Shown: positions 24,400-39,969 of the stretch, piece after piece
Layout of the letters: every line of letters begins with the position of its first letter
Numbering within the stretch: position 1 is the stretch's first letter
Source: Eledone cirrhosa
Lineage: Eukaryota
NCBI GenBank assembly: GCA_964016885.1
Contig: OZ024743.1
Location: 349,184,001-349,248,000 of the forward strand
Direction: 5' to 3'
Length of the DNA stretch: 64,000 nt
Notes under the pieces: model-generated
The model's input: the letters and a program-made list of their open reading frames with translations, nothing else
Told to the model about the DNA's origin: nothing
The model's database searches: none
Translations under genes and position numbers: made by a program

Positions 24400-27300
24400 C
24401 CACCCAGACAACAGAAATAATGACAACAACAACAACACCGAAAGTAACACCGCTAACACAAACATATACAGAGAGCGCATCAACAGCAAGAATACCAACT
24501 GCATCAAAAACAACAACAGTGGCACCAAAGATATGAGCAACTGCAACAATGATAACAGCAACGACACAAACATGAACAACGACAACAACAAAATCACCCC
24601 CAACAGCAATAAGAACATTACCATCAAGAACACTTTCGCTGCGGTAGCGGCCAAAAAGAGGCTATGCTTCAGTAAGGCCTGGAAGCTCATCAAGCAAGAA
24701 CAAACCTGAGCCAACTTAACTGTCCCGGTAGAAGCTACTAAAGCAGTGGAGCTTAGAACAATGCATTACAGATGCATCTCAACAGAAACAAAGAGGGCGG
24801 CTTTGATTGCACAGGCAGATGTTTAAGCTGCACTGAGGTGCATCAGGGATGACACCGAATACATAGCGAGGCGCAGACAATACGGCACCATTTCGGTACT
24901 GTTTAAATCAGAAGCCCTCGCTATAAAATATGCAATGACAACTTGCAAAAGCTGCAAGGTCATAATGCACCCCTGCCATTCGGGAAAAAGAACAGCTCGT
25001 CTCACCTTTCTCATGATCCCACGAGGACTTGTCACGTGGTGGCTCCAGGGATATGTGACTCTGGAGGGGACAGGTACCGTCCCGATAGAGGTTACAAGGA
25101 CTGCTAGAGAGGACTGGTGCGGGGTTGACCTGGAGATACTTCTCTAGATCAGGCCCGAAAATGTAAAAGCATTCCCGGATCACATCCTACTTCAGAACGG
25201 GACGGTAATCCACATTATGACTGAGATCAAAAGGCGGCATTGTTTCGTTTGCAGAGAAAAAAACGCCATTTGCCAGCCTTCTGCCCACAACTGGTGAAAA
25301 GTGCAAGGGGTCGAAGGACTCCGCTGCTGCCGACGCCGTGGCAAGGACCACCTCCAACACCAGCACCGGCAACACCGCCTGTAGCAGCACCGATGGAAGT
25401 ACCACCACCAACATTGACCACCCAGCGGGGAAACGAGGAAAGCTTTCAAATTCCCCCTCATCGCCAAAATAAACACATGAATAAAAACATAAACTCCCAC
25501 ACAAACAGACACAGACACACTTACAGACACAGACCCCTCATCTTCTAGTAGTAAAGATGAGGGAAAACCAAATCCCCAAAAAAAACAAAACAAAAAAAAA
25601 ACACACGAAGAAATAAACCCCCATAAAGCACAAAAACACCCTCAAAAGAAAATGCACGACCCACGCAAGCACCTCCCCAACAACACCAGCATCAACACCA
25701 CCAACACCATCACCATCACCAGAATCCCCCAAACAAAAACAACCTAAACAGACGCAAGAACAAATACACACAACAACATGTGAAACAGCAAACCTGGGCC
25801 AACTTAACTGTCCCAGTAGAAGATATTGAAGCAGTGGGGCTTAGAACGGTGCGATGTAGATGCATCTCAACAGAAACAAAGAGAGTGTCTTTAATTGCAC
25901 AGGCAGATGTTGAAGACACGCAGACACCGCACTCACAACAAACACATACACAACCTATACAACACCAACGAATCCATCACCACCACAGTCACGCAAACAA
26001 ATAAAACTTCACCAACAAGCGACTCAAAATTCGTGCTTGTCAGAAAGGCCAACGAGAATTTGATGCCCTTGTAGCACGAAGTAAAGAAATTAAAACAGTT
26101 TGGGAGATTTTTAAATCGAGCACATTTCGCGTGCCGGAAGATTGTTTCTAGTGCAAATGTCGCTCAATTTCTACAAAGAGATTCGAGACAGCTTTCCTCA
26201 GGACATGGGAACACCGAACGTAAAACCCACATCCATACTTTTAAAAGGGTTCCCAAAGAAGCCCCACCAACTATGGAGGTCAAACCACCCGAACTTCACA
26301 AGAGCTTGGGAGATAAGTAAACATTTTCTCTCTCAATTAGACTGCCAACATGGCCATATTAAGAGTAGGAAGTTTAAATGTTCGAGGATGGGGTCGCCCT
26401 GGAAGCAGAGTAACCTGAACCACAACCTCAGGTCTCCAGAAATGGATGTAATTGCTGTCAGCGAGACCAGGATTTCCGACACACGCCCACTAGCTTCCAT
26501 TTTCGATGAGTATCAGATCTTCTGATCTGTTAGTCGGCCGGGAATGAGGGGCGGGTGACAGTGCTGTTTAGGAAAGGCCTGGATCTCCAAGTAATATCGA
26601 TTTTCTGGGACTCGGACGGTAAGTAGGTGGTCCTAGTTCTACCGGGGAAGGAAAGCCAGATTCTTTAGACGCCTGGAAACCTTTCTCGGAACGTTTCGCC
26701 CTTTGCTGTAAGCAGGGGACTGGAACGACATCTTAGACTCACGCTGCGACTGTATAGGAGTATCCGATAGAAGCGGGGTGTGCAAAAGCCTCAACTACCT
26801 GATCAGCCAGTTCCAACTGTTTGACAGTTACCGACTAGATTTCCCTGATGCACTAGTGTGGACCTGGAATAACCACATAGGATCACCTAGATCGTATACA
26901 GACAGGATATTCATTAGGAAAATAGATAGAAATAGTGTAAGCTGTCCACGTTTTAAAACGGTCGCCTATTCAGATCACAAGTTTGTGATCTGCATGGTCG
27001 ACCTAGATAATAGGCCTAGGTTAGGACCTGATTAGTGGGACTTGAACATGTTATTTCCGGCGCGTAAGGCTTACAGGGACAGGGTCGACAATTTAGTGAA
27101 GCAAAAGCATGAAGAGGGTGGATCGTAAACAACACCTGGAGGTAGGCTCTCAAAAGAATGATTAGAGTAATTTCGATAAGGTTTAACAAAGAAGTAGCGT
27201 TAGAGAAAAATAGGGGGTGCTGGTAAAAAAGGGGGAGCTGGTAGCTACGTTAGACGAGGCTATTTGTAGTGGCATTGCAGCTGACGTGCTAGCGGCGTGA

Positions 27301-29910
27301 ATGGAATTAGACCATTTCTTCAATGCAAAACACGAAGGTTGCATTGTCAAAGCTAAGACGTATGCTCTGAGAGACGAGGGAACCAAGGCTGTTCGATGGG
27401 CCCGCGTGGCAGAGGCACAGCATGGTGAAAAAAAACACATTTTGGTCATTGACGGACCGAGACAAACACGAGTTGAGCGATTCCAAGCGGATGTGTGAGG
27501 CCTTTCGCCAATATTTTGCTCGGTTGTTCAGGGGTGGTGGCGGGTCCGAGACAGTAGTGAACTTCAATCCCTACATCGACATCTTGCAGCAACTCTCGAT
27601 GGCCGACGCTGAGCGCTGTGAAAGGCCGATAACTTCAGCCGAAATTCAGGATGCCCTTGTTGGATGCACGAGGCGCAAGTCACCCGGTTTGGATGGTATG
27701 CCCTACGAGCTTTACGTAAATATGCCAGACTTGTTCTCCGATCTCCTCGAAGCGCTCTACTGCAAATGGGAGCAGAACGAGAGTATTCTTAGTCCTGTGA
27801 GCCGGGGCGTAGTGACGCTGATAAGGAAAGACGAGAACAAAAGGAACACAGAGTTTAAGATTTTGGCCAAGGTGTTAGCGAAGAGATTGGCGCTTGTCGT
27901 CGAGAATTTGGTTGGGGAGGCGCACACCTGTGCATTCCCGACCAGGTCCATACATGACAAACTCCCCCTCATGCGATACATTATATAATTGGGAGGGTAG
28001 GGTGTAAACCTGGCTTCGATGGGGAGCTGATCAATTTAGATCAATCGAAAGCATTTGATAGGGTTGACCATCACTACCTGGAGGTTGTCCTCAAAGCAGC
28101 TGGCTTCAGCCTCGTCTTCAGAGGCTGGATCGCTGTAATGCACAGCGGTATCTGCTCGGTGGTCAAATTAATCGCAACTTCTCGGAACCGTTTCAGATCT
28201 CCCGACCGGTCCGTCAAGGGTTCCCTCTCTCCTCCCTTCTGTACGCATCAACTCTCGAGCCTTTACTGCGGAAGCTGGAAGTGTTTGAGGGCATCCTTCC
28301 CGAACTGGTACGCGGAAAGGCTGCGTCGGCTTATGCGGACGACATCACCGTGATGATGTCGGACATCTCGGAAATCGAGGTGGTCGGCAACTTATTGGAG
28401 GAATATGAAAGGTGGACGGGAGCAAAACTTAACCCGGAAAAGTCGGTGGGCTTGCAACTCAGCACTTGGAGAGGCAAGTTCATGCCGTCCAACAGCATCG
28501 TTGGGCACTGGACAGACCGGTAAACTTGCTCGGGTTTTGGACGGGGTCAGACCTCCAGGTAGATAAGAATTGGGACGAGGTGACGGGCAGGGTAACCAGT
28601 CTCATCCAGAAATGGGCTGCGAGGAAGCTATCACTGAAAGGTCAGGGGGAGCTGGTGAATGCGTACATGGCATCCTTCATCCACTACCACCTGGCCGTCG
28701 TGCTCTGCCCCCGTCCGCGCCTCACCAACTTGGAACGGCTCCTCTTCAAATTCTTGTGGAGGGGACAGTTCCGTCGGGGAGGCGGTCCATCCGCTGCCAG
28801 CACCCTCTATACGGAGGGCTGGGTATGCCGTGGTTAATGAGGCGCAGATATGCACTGAGGCTACGGCATCTCCAGATATTCTGCCAAAACGATGAACAGG
28901 TATGGTCGCCTTTTATCAGACGGGCCTTTCCGCAGCTCGTCTCTTTGACTGAACTGCAGTCCTGGGTCAAGAAGAGACCGAGATACGGTGACTGGCATCT
29001 GAATTGTTGCCAGACACTCAATAACATTTACCAGGTGGGCAATGCGGTCAATGGAACTTCCATTCTCGAGTTCTATAGAGGATTAGTGGTGAGCAAGTGC
29101 GACGACGCACTCGGAGAGGCTCTGGGCGTCGACGTAGTCGAACTACCCAGTCTGTTCTGGAGGACTTTCGAGCCGGGGACAATGTATAACATCCAAAAAT
29201 CTCTCATTTAGCAGTGCTACCGGATGGGCACTGCCAATTCGTGATAAACTCTGCAGGCACGGAAGTGCTGTAAGACGGACCTGCCCAAGATGCGCGCAGA
29301 GCAACTAAACCGTTCTGCACGCACTCGCCCAGTGTCCGTGCATTGCTGACTTGTGGAGTTATGTCGAACAGCTGTTGTCGATGTAGAACGGATCGGTTAT
29401 CGGTCGAGTCCATAGTGACCCGCCACCTTCTTTTGGCCAGGAAGAGCAGGCAATTTTACTCTGTCTGGTGGCAGTAGTGAAAGAGTTTGTATGGTGGACC
29501 AGGTTGAAAGGACTGAAGAGAGACACTTTTCTCTTCGGCCAATCTCTCATCAACTGTTTCAAATTTCACTTGGAAAGAAGGTGACAGTAGAAAGAGAAGT
29601 GCTACTCCCCCACCCCTCTACATTTGCTGAAAGGCGTGGGAGTGGACCTACTCTGATCATGCGTCTATAGGCGAATTTGAGGATGAGAGGGGTGCCCTTC
29701 CCTGGTGCCCTCGAAGCGTCGGGTGGTTCAGAATTAGAGGGGTACCTGAATCACTCCCGGGTGGTTATCCTACCTATTTGGGGAATGTTCATTGTTGTAT
29801 TTTTCTTGTTTATTTTTATTGTTTTCCTATTTTTTCCTACTTTTTTTACCCGTTTATTGTATTGTCCCCTATATGTCGGCCCTTGTCGCCAATAAATGAA
29901 ACCATTATTA
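24400..29910 (+). mobile_element. L1/Tx1-like LINE copy B, near full length, inactivated
   Basis: ORF1 with CFVC..H..C knuckle (about 25240-25285), ORF2, T-rich 3' UTR, AATAAA near 29890 and ATT tail. Confidence 0.92.
26350..29670 (+). pseudogene. ORF2 of copy B: APE endonuclease, reverse transcriptase and Cys-rich domain, with multiple stops and frameshifts
   Basis: MAILRVGSLNVRG, VIAVSETR, AGDWN, DRIFI, SDHK; KSPGLDG, KILAKVLAKRL, LDQSKAFDRVDH, VRQG.PLSP, AYADDIT; CPRC..H..CP. Confidence 0.93.
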
Positions 29911-30000
29911 TTTGCCTTTCATACTTACGGAGTAGATAAAATAAAGTACCAGTAATGCACTGGTTAATTGCTGGCCTTGTGCCTAAAGTATAAACAATTA
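29911..30000 (+). mobile_element. SINE family 1, 3' half
   Basis: TTGCCTTTCAT..AAAGTACCAG..AAACAATTA followed by (ATT)n(ATC)n. Confidence 0.88.
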
Positions 30001-30729
30001 TTATTATTATTATCATCATCATCATCATCATTATAGTAGAAGTATTTTATATATACAAACACATATATATGTATTGGTGGGTGCATTTGTACACAGGCAC
30101 ATACGGTAATACAAGTATATGCACGCAAATCTAGAACTATAAACATTATTACACAATGATATTAATATGCATAGCTTAAAAATTGGGCTGACGAAAATAC
30201 TAATGACAACCACACACGTATATTGAAAACAGTCCGACACTGTAGTTGAATAAAATTGGTGCTAAGATATATATTTTATTATTAAATAATTCCTTTTAAT
30301 TAAAGAAATGTTAATATATATTTTTATTATTGATTGTTTGAATCTAAGTAGGAGTATGATTTCGTGTTTCTTTTTTAAATTGTATGTGTGTGGGTATGTT
30401 CGTATATGCCTGCATATACATGCATTTGCAATTGTATATGCATATGATATGGGTAATTGTTAAACATGTGTGCATATATTACGTGATTTTATGGAGCCTA
30501 TCTGAAATATTTGCATTTGAACTATCATATATATGTTAGTACGTTCATTCATGTGAAATTATTCAAACGTATACACAAATATGCATTAAACTCTTCCTCA
30601 CACTCACACATACACATGCTAGCATGTATCCATAGATATATTTACACGTACACACATATACACATACACACATATATACATACATACATATATATTTTAT
30701 TTATATACTATATGTACAAACACATAAAC

Positions 30730-30786
<57 letters not shown>

Positions 30787-31256
30787 AGTGTGTGTGCATA
30801 TGTATACAATTCATGCATATATAGATTCTTATTCATGTGATTGTGTGTATGTGCTAATATATGCATAAAATGCGCATATATAAACCTGTATGCATTTATG
30901 TATGTATATATGGATTTTTATTAACTTCGCAAATTTTCTATTACTTTAATCTGTTATTCCTACTCTGATGATCAAACGGAAGTTTAATTAGCATAAATTT
31001 GTCTTTAATAGGAGATGGAAATAGTGAGGTTGAGAATTTGAAATTGTGTGCATATATTACAATTTAATAGAGCTTCTTATAGTCTGATCTCTCTCCCCTC
31101 ACTCTATCATTCTTCTCATTTTTATTCTTCCAATATGCTAGAGCAATTCTTTTTTGCCTTATTGCAAAGCAATGCATAACACAAAGCATATATCTATTCA
31201 TGCCTTATGCTTTTTTAAAATGTATATCTTTGTTTTCTTATATTTTTTTATTTTCC

Positions 31257-31430
<174 letters not shown>

Positions 31431-31775
31431 CTATATAGCTATTTATCTATCTCACCCGTGCTCTCAATTTTAATTGTTCTTTTTTCCTCATTTTAACTTT
31501 ACCACGCTTTTTTCTACGTTGTTCCGGTTTCTGTTCATTTTCAAAATTTGCAGTATAATATATTGCGTGCATACTTCTATTTATTTATTTTATTTTATAT
31601 ATTTATGTATTTATGTAGTTGATAGTTTTGATGCTTTCCATTCCATTTTATTTATTTTTTTCAATTATTAAACTTTTTCATGCTACACTTCTTATCATCA
31701 TCTTCCCCAGCGGCGCCAGCGTCACCATCAGCCTCACGGTTTTTTCATTTATTTGTTTATATAATTATTCATTTA

Positions 31776-31856
<81 letters not shown>

Positions 31857-31948
31857 TATCATCATTATGCTTTTCTTTGATTTTAAAAATGGCTGTCAAC
31901 ATATACTTTAAAATGTTTATGTTGTCTTTTTCATACTATTGTCATTAA

Positions 31949-31991
<43 letters not shown>

Positions 31992-31996
31992 ATGTA

Positions 31997-32073
<77 letters not shown>

Positions 32074-32226
32074 GTGTGTGTGTGTATGTATGTATATATA
32101 TATATACATATATATACACACATATATAAAAATATATATAGATATATGTATATATATCTAGATATCTATATATGTATATATATATAGAGATATATATATA
32201 CATATATGTATATATATTTTCTTATA

Positions 32227-32318
<92 letters not shown>

Positions 32319-32333
32319 GAGTGAGAGAGAGAG

Positions 32334-32369
<36 letters not shown>

Positions 32370-34639
32370 GAGCATAATCAACTAAATCCATATACAAATC
32401 AATGTAAATATTTATATATATGAAATAACATTCATGTTATACAAAATCTTCAATGTGAATGTTTTCATCTTCCTTCAATAGGACCACAAACTATAATGTG
32501 AATAACACATAAAAAATAATAATAATAATGATAATAATAACAACAACAACAAAAAATAATGATTATGATAAATAGCCTGGAAATGATAGGCAATATATTA
32601 ACGAAAAGGACAAAAAGGGCTCTAAAATGAAAACATGAGAATGATAATGGTTATGATGAGTGGGAGGAGAAATGGCGCTAAAGAGAGACGCGGGAGAAAT
32701 AAGAAGATTAAGAGCATGAGAGCGCGTATGCTATTCGGGCAGATAACCATGGCTGTGTAGAAAGGTGGTATTAGGAAGAGGAGAAAAATTGAATGCTGCA
32801 AATGGAATGTAGAATTTAGGAGATCATAATGGCAAATTATGATAAGATTCTTGTCAGAAATTTCACGCTCCGCATCCGAACGGATTTATATTAAAACTCT
32901 CATTTGAAATATTTTTTCATGGGATTTATCTTTTATTGTTATTTCTTGTTTCCGTTTATAAATTTATATTCTTATTTTTAACATTGTTTTCAGTTGTTTA
33001 GAAATCTTTTACCGTTTCCCTTTTTGTTATATTTTATTCGATGAATTTATTATTCTTGATTTTATTTTTATTAGTTTGCGTCATATATTTGCTTCTCTTA
33101 TTTATATATATATATTTTTTTAATGTTGAATATTTAAGAACCTATAACATTTATTGGTGATTTGTATTAATTTGGATTTAATATTTTTCTTGAAGTTTTG
33201 TCTTCGTTTATTTGATTTTATCCTTGAAGAGGGTGTCATTTCATGGTTTATTTTTGTGTTTTACTCTTCAATTTATCTTTTTAATTTTCCTCTTTCCGCT
33301 CAACGATTTTTCACTTGATTAGAGAAGAGATTATTCTTTACATGTCAAAAATGGCTCATTTGAAGAGCGCTTGTTAATTCAGTGACTGATTATGTACAAT
33401 ATTTACAACACTGAAATTCGTTGCAGTCAGCTTACAATGGCTGAGTGGAGAGATAATTGGTCGGTTTTTCGCTTGATGACTTTATCAGTTCGTGTCCCAG
33501 CACAATATGTCAGCAACCGCCTTTGGGGAGAGCAATAATACTTTAAGCTGCAAAGTGAACATCATCTGATGATAATAAAGAGTGTTTTAATCCTAAGGTT
33601 GCAAGAATTGTGGAAGACGTTAAGAGAACATGTATACGAATTATGATGAAAGCCAATGATGTATAAGGTCATAATTTTAAGAGAAAATAAATATCTTATT
33701 GCTTTATTAAATAATTATATATGAGAGTCTTGAAGTTTGCTTGAAGCATTGTGGAATAATAAAATTGGTCGTTTTGAAAGCCTCAACAATGCAGATGGGT
33801 AAATCTCCGGGTAACAGAATCAGGTGATAATGAGAGAGATGTTAGAGGAAATGTAGAATGAGACGTATAAGGTGTAGAGGAACGTAGGAAAGAGTGTAAC
33901 AATAATAACACGAGATAGAGTTACCTTGGAAGTGATTTAATTGTCCCTATATTCCGGATCTCACATCCATCAACCGAGGTTTTCCGAGGTGAAATGTTTT
34001 TAGTCGGAGAGGAACAACACGTGGGCTCTGTTGTCTATCGTGTGTGTACAACTGATCTATTCTGTAGGGCGCGCGTGCGCGCGGAATAGCTGCGGTCAGA
34101 CAAAGGTCGAGGCAGTTCTTCTGTACCAGAGTAGTGGGATGGTGCGTACGCATGCGTACGCATCTTTGCTGTCAAATTTCATATATTCAATTTAAATATA
34201 TAATTATATATATTTTTTAATTAACTGAGGATTAATATATGACGCTCTGCTCTTTAATCCAATAGTCATATCATTTTCTATCTAGAAAGCCTTAGGAATG
34301 TGAGTGCAACAAATAATTACTACGTGTTAGATCATAACAACTATTTGATTAGAATATTAAACAATATTTTAATCTGTATATTAATATAACAGTTGGTTCT
34401 ATTTTTATGTATACTTAACTGCATAAACTACTTTCGCTTGGATAAATGATACATTGTATGAAATAAGATAGAACAGTTTTGGGTAACAATGATGTTAACT
34501 TGAAGCTATTCTCCAGCCTGCAATTTATATATGTGTCTCAATGGTGATGATGAGAATGATGATGATGCAACATCCGCCGGTTTTGACAATAAGCATCCAC
34601 TCCCATTATTAACTAAAGATTAAAGATTATTAACTAAAG

Positions 34640-35025
34640 GGCGGTGGATTGGCAGTATCGATAGAGGGTCGGACGCCATGATTTGACGTATAGAGTTACG
34701 GTCCTTGCCATTCTGAGTTCAAATTTCGCCGATGTTAACTTGCCTTTCATCCTTACAGGGTCGATAAAATAAAGTACCAGTAATGTACTGGGTAATTGCT
34801 GGCCTTGTGCCAAACGTAGAAACAATTATTAACTAAAGGGTGGTGGATTGGCAGTATCGGTAGAGGGTCGGACGCCATGCTTTCCAGCATAGTTACGTCC
34901 CTTTACGATCTGAGTTCAAATCACGCCGAGGTTGACTTTGCCTTTCATCCTTACGGGGTCGATAAAATAAAGTACCAGTAATGCACTGGGTAATTGCTGG
35001 CATTTTGCCTAAAGTAGAAACAATT
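34640..35025 (+). mobile_element. Head-to-tail SINE family 1 dimer (34640-34827 and 34839-35025)
   Basis: Two full copies. ATTATTAACTAAA occurs before, between and after them. Confidence 0.92.
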
Positions 35026-36945
35026 ATTAACTAAATATGTGAGTTGTGAATAAATGTGTATGATGTTGAGTATTTCAAACACACGTGTACTCTTAGAATC
35101 AACGTGACAATATAGGAAACGTGGCATCCACACGTATTCCTTCTACACAAATTCGCTCAAAATTCCTAGCTTGAACTGAAACAATAGCACGGATCTTTTT
35201 CCAGGAAATCATGCTGTAGGATTAAACCTGTGATTTCATAATAATAAAGAAAACTTCTTAAACACTCAACTAGGCTTCAGTATGTATCAATAATTTCACG
35301 CAGGTTACAGTCATAGTTGGTACGTTGTGCAAGTAATGTAGTTATTTTCGTTTCCTATTCTAAGTTTATAAACGTGACTACTTTTTGTTTTAAGATCTCT
35401 CTTTAAAAATTCTTTATGTACCATTTAAAATTACTTATTGTATACACAAGGCTGTTAAGATGTCCACCCAAAAAGAAGTAAATGTCAAGTATATTATTCT
35501 GTAGCTATTTGTAAACTTAACATCTCTTAATGGTCAAATTGTCTGTCGTGGCATCACAAAATTAACGAAACGTATTTACATCATATCTGCTACCCAAATA
35601 TCAAGTAACTTCATCTATTTAAAATAATTCGAGAAATGTGATAGCATACATACACAAAATGTTTTAAAGGAGATAAAAAATAATACAGAATACACACCTA
35701 CGACTTCCAAATAAGTTAGTCGAATAAAGGTGTTTAAGTAATTGTAGTGATCATGTTAAATGATTTTTAGGATTTCATTCATTTCCGTGCGCGTTGACCT
35801 CAAATCTTGTAATTAACTCCGGACACGATCAAGGAACGAAATAACGAAAAATTTAGGATTCATATTTTGGACAAATGGACCTTGCCAGCATAAACTGCAT
35901 GTAAATCTCTAGTGCATGTAAATCTCTGTTCTGGGGTGCCACATGCTGTGACATGTTCTCCACCTCCAGATGGCTACATATTCGTGTACTCATACTCGTA
36001 AAGGAGAAGGGTGGAAGATATCTAAATACCGGGATTTGACCAACCGCTTCCTTTTCGTATTAGTCTCCGCCGAAACATTCGGTTTCTTCTGTCCATGGCA
36101 TATCATTTTCCTCCGAATAATTAGGAAGGGTGCATCTTATCTGTGAAGGGAGCCACGGGAGGATGGAATAGATGTAACCAGTTGTTCTCGACGGCAATGC
36201 TTTCGTCATACTTTGCGGGGCGCAGCTGAGACACACTGCTTAAACAGGAAAATATTCATATACATAAATTTGTTTCTAACTCCGCTTCTAAAAATCGGTA
36301 AGCATTATGCTAATGTAATAAATAAATATTCTCATATTTTGTTATTCTTTTGCCCGAACTGATGGTATTGCACCACATTGTATTGTTGTTTAGTTCCCTA
36401 TTAACCCTGGCCGAACAGACATAACATCAAAGATATTCCATTAACCCACTTTCATGTTAAGTCGGAAGATATCCTATGTGTTCATCAATTATTTAAGAAA
36501 TTTGAGTGTGATATGAAGGAGATATAACTGCTATTTCAAACATATTAAGCAACCATATAAAAGCTTCTTCGTTAGTTATTATATTTGCTACGATATTTAC
36601 TGTTGATGTTGATTATTCCTTGTTTTTTTACATGTTGCCTTTGTGTAATTGTTACTACACTTATGCATAACTGTTGCTATTGTTTCTATGTAGAAGTTAT
36701 TTTGTTATGTTGTTGTTGATGGTAATGGTATGTAAATGATATTCGAATTATCTCTCTTGTCTTTATTACATATGTTTATAATGTTTCTTATATAGAGTTG
36801 CTGTTGTTGCTCTTATTGCTCTTGCAGTTTAGCTCCTGGCCATCCCTTTCCTGTACATCTATAATCATATATGTTCCAGTTGTGAAAATTCCGTCTTTTG
36901 GCAAATATAGTCTATCTGAGATTTCATTATATAATATATCATAGG

Positions 36946-37372
36946 TCAGTGGATGGCCAGCATCGGTAGAAGGTCGGATGCCATGCTTTGTAGCATAGAG
37001 TTAAAGTCCTTTATGATCTGAGTTCAAATCTTGCTGAGGTTAACTTTGTCTTTCAATCCTTACGGGATAAAATTAAGTATCAGACGATAAAATAAAGTAC
37101 CAGTCACGCACTGGAATTGATTTAATCGACTTTCCCCTCCCCCAAAATTGCTGGCATTGTGCCTATATTAGAAACAATTATTTCTGCGGTGAATTGGCAG
37201 TATCGGTAGAGGGTTGGACGCCATGCTTTCTAACATAGTTACGTCCCTTTACAGTCTGAGTTCAAATCCCGCCGAGGTTAACTTTGCCTTTCATCCTTAC
37301 GGGGTCGATAAAATAAAGTACCAGTAATGTACTGGGAAATTTATGGCCTTGTGCCTAAAGTAGAAACAATTA
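36946..37372 (+). mobile_element. SINE dimer: long variant (36946-37180) followed by short variant (37186-37372)
   Basis: The long variant has an extra TTGATTTAATCGACTTTCCCCTCCCCCAAAA segment before TTGCTGGC. Confidence 0.88.
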
Positions 37373-37764
37373 TTTCTTTAAAACTGAAATACGATATGTG
37401 GAGGAAATTGCTGCTATTTTTAGTATGTTACTCAGTTATTTGTGTTGTTATTTCGTCTACTGCAGTATATTGTTTTCCATTGTTGATATTGCTGTAATCA
37501 ATTATTCCATTTAAATGGTTGCCAGTATTTAACCACAGCCCGGCTACATATATATATATCTATCATCAAAGAAACACATTCCCGTCTTTACGATACCATT
37601 TTTTGCAACATTTTCTACACAAACTTTAGCTGCAATATTCAAAGTGTACTCTCATTTTCAAATACATTGTCTATTCATATCTTTCTCTGAATGATACACA
37701 TTCACACAGACACACAAACACACACATAGGCACGCAAACAATCCCCCCCCCCACACACACATAC

Positions 37765-37860
<96 letters not shown>

Positions 37861-38486
37861 TCACACACACACACATACTCACACACGCATATATGGTCTG
37901 CTCCATGTAAAGCATGACCACCTTTTGCACTTTAAGTACATTTCCTCACGGCATGAGCTTCATTTGATTATTGAGTCTTGAAATCCCGAAGAAGGGATTA
38001 AGCCCGACACATTAAACTGTCTTTCTTCTTTTCCATATAAAGCGTGAAACTAATAAGAAATATTGTACTTCTGTTTGTTGTATCTTTGAACTATATATAT
38101 ATAGTTAATAATTGAAAGAAACAAAACCAAGGGAGATAATTTTGCACAATAATGCCAGGTTCACTATATATATATGCTCCAATTTTTATGTGCATCGGTT
38201 TGTGTTTGTGTACTAGTGTGGATCTTCATGCGTGTACGCTTTTGTGTATGTTTGTGTGCACATGTGTGATTGCGTGTGTGCGCGCATGTGTGTGTGTGTT
38301 TGTGTATGTGTGTGTGTGTGGGTGTGGGTGTGTGTGTGTTAAGCCAAATCTCTTCCTTCATGTGTCTAGTAATCGGTGTCAAACAATTATTCTTCAGTAT
38401 TAATAAGAACTTGACACGAGTATTTGCCACAAATATTTTACAATGTCTCTCATATACATAAATAGTAAGGAATTGTTTCACAACCA

Positions 38487-38572
<86 letters not shown>

Positions 38573-38640
38573 AATTTGTACGTACATATGCGTGCGTGTG
38601 TTTGTGCGTGTTTGTGTGTGTGTGCCAGTATATATATATA

Positions 38641-39522
<882 letters not shown>

Positions 39523-39681
39523 TATTTCTCAGTTCTTGTGCTTTTCAAAAGTAGAATTGAGATGGAGTGTTTGTGCTTTTTCTCGCGTCTGATTGGTGTT
39601 TGAATGTTACTTCTGTTTTACATAGAGAAAAAGTGGCTCGAGATGCTAGGTTTTTAGAAAAGTAGTTAGAAAAATATATAC

Positions 39682-39751
<70 letters not shown>

Positions 39752-39969
39752 GGTAAAATTCCTGAGATCCATACACGTTGGTAAGAGTCCTCAGTTCATT
39801 TTCATCTTTCTTATGACAGAAAGCAGCGACGACACTTAGGTACCTGTTTATGTCACTGTTGTAACTATGTTCATATATATATGGAAGCGGTAAAAACAAG
39901 TTAGAGCATTACTCACCAAATTACTCTATACTTGGAGTAGTAGAGTGGGTAATAGGAAGAATTCGGGAC

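Noticed and set aside
33460-33490. Minus-strand CUGAUAA..GCGAAA motif
   Set aside because: Uncompensated G8A and no convincing stems.
34605-35035. CRISPR-like repeat-spacer appearance of SINE copies and their repeated flanks
   Set aside because: Eukaryotic context, no cas genes, and the apparent spacers are themselves SINE copies.
37986-38021. CCGAAGA-AGGG..CCC-GACA hammerhead-like motif
   Set aside because: GAAA is mutated and stem I is unsupported. Probably a relic.
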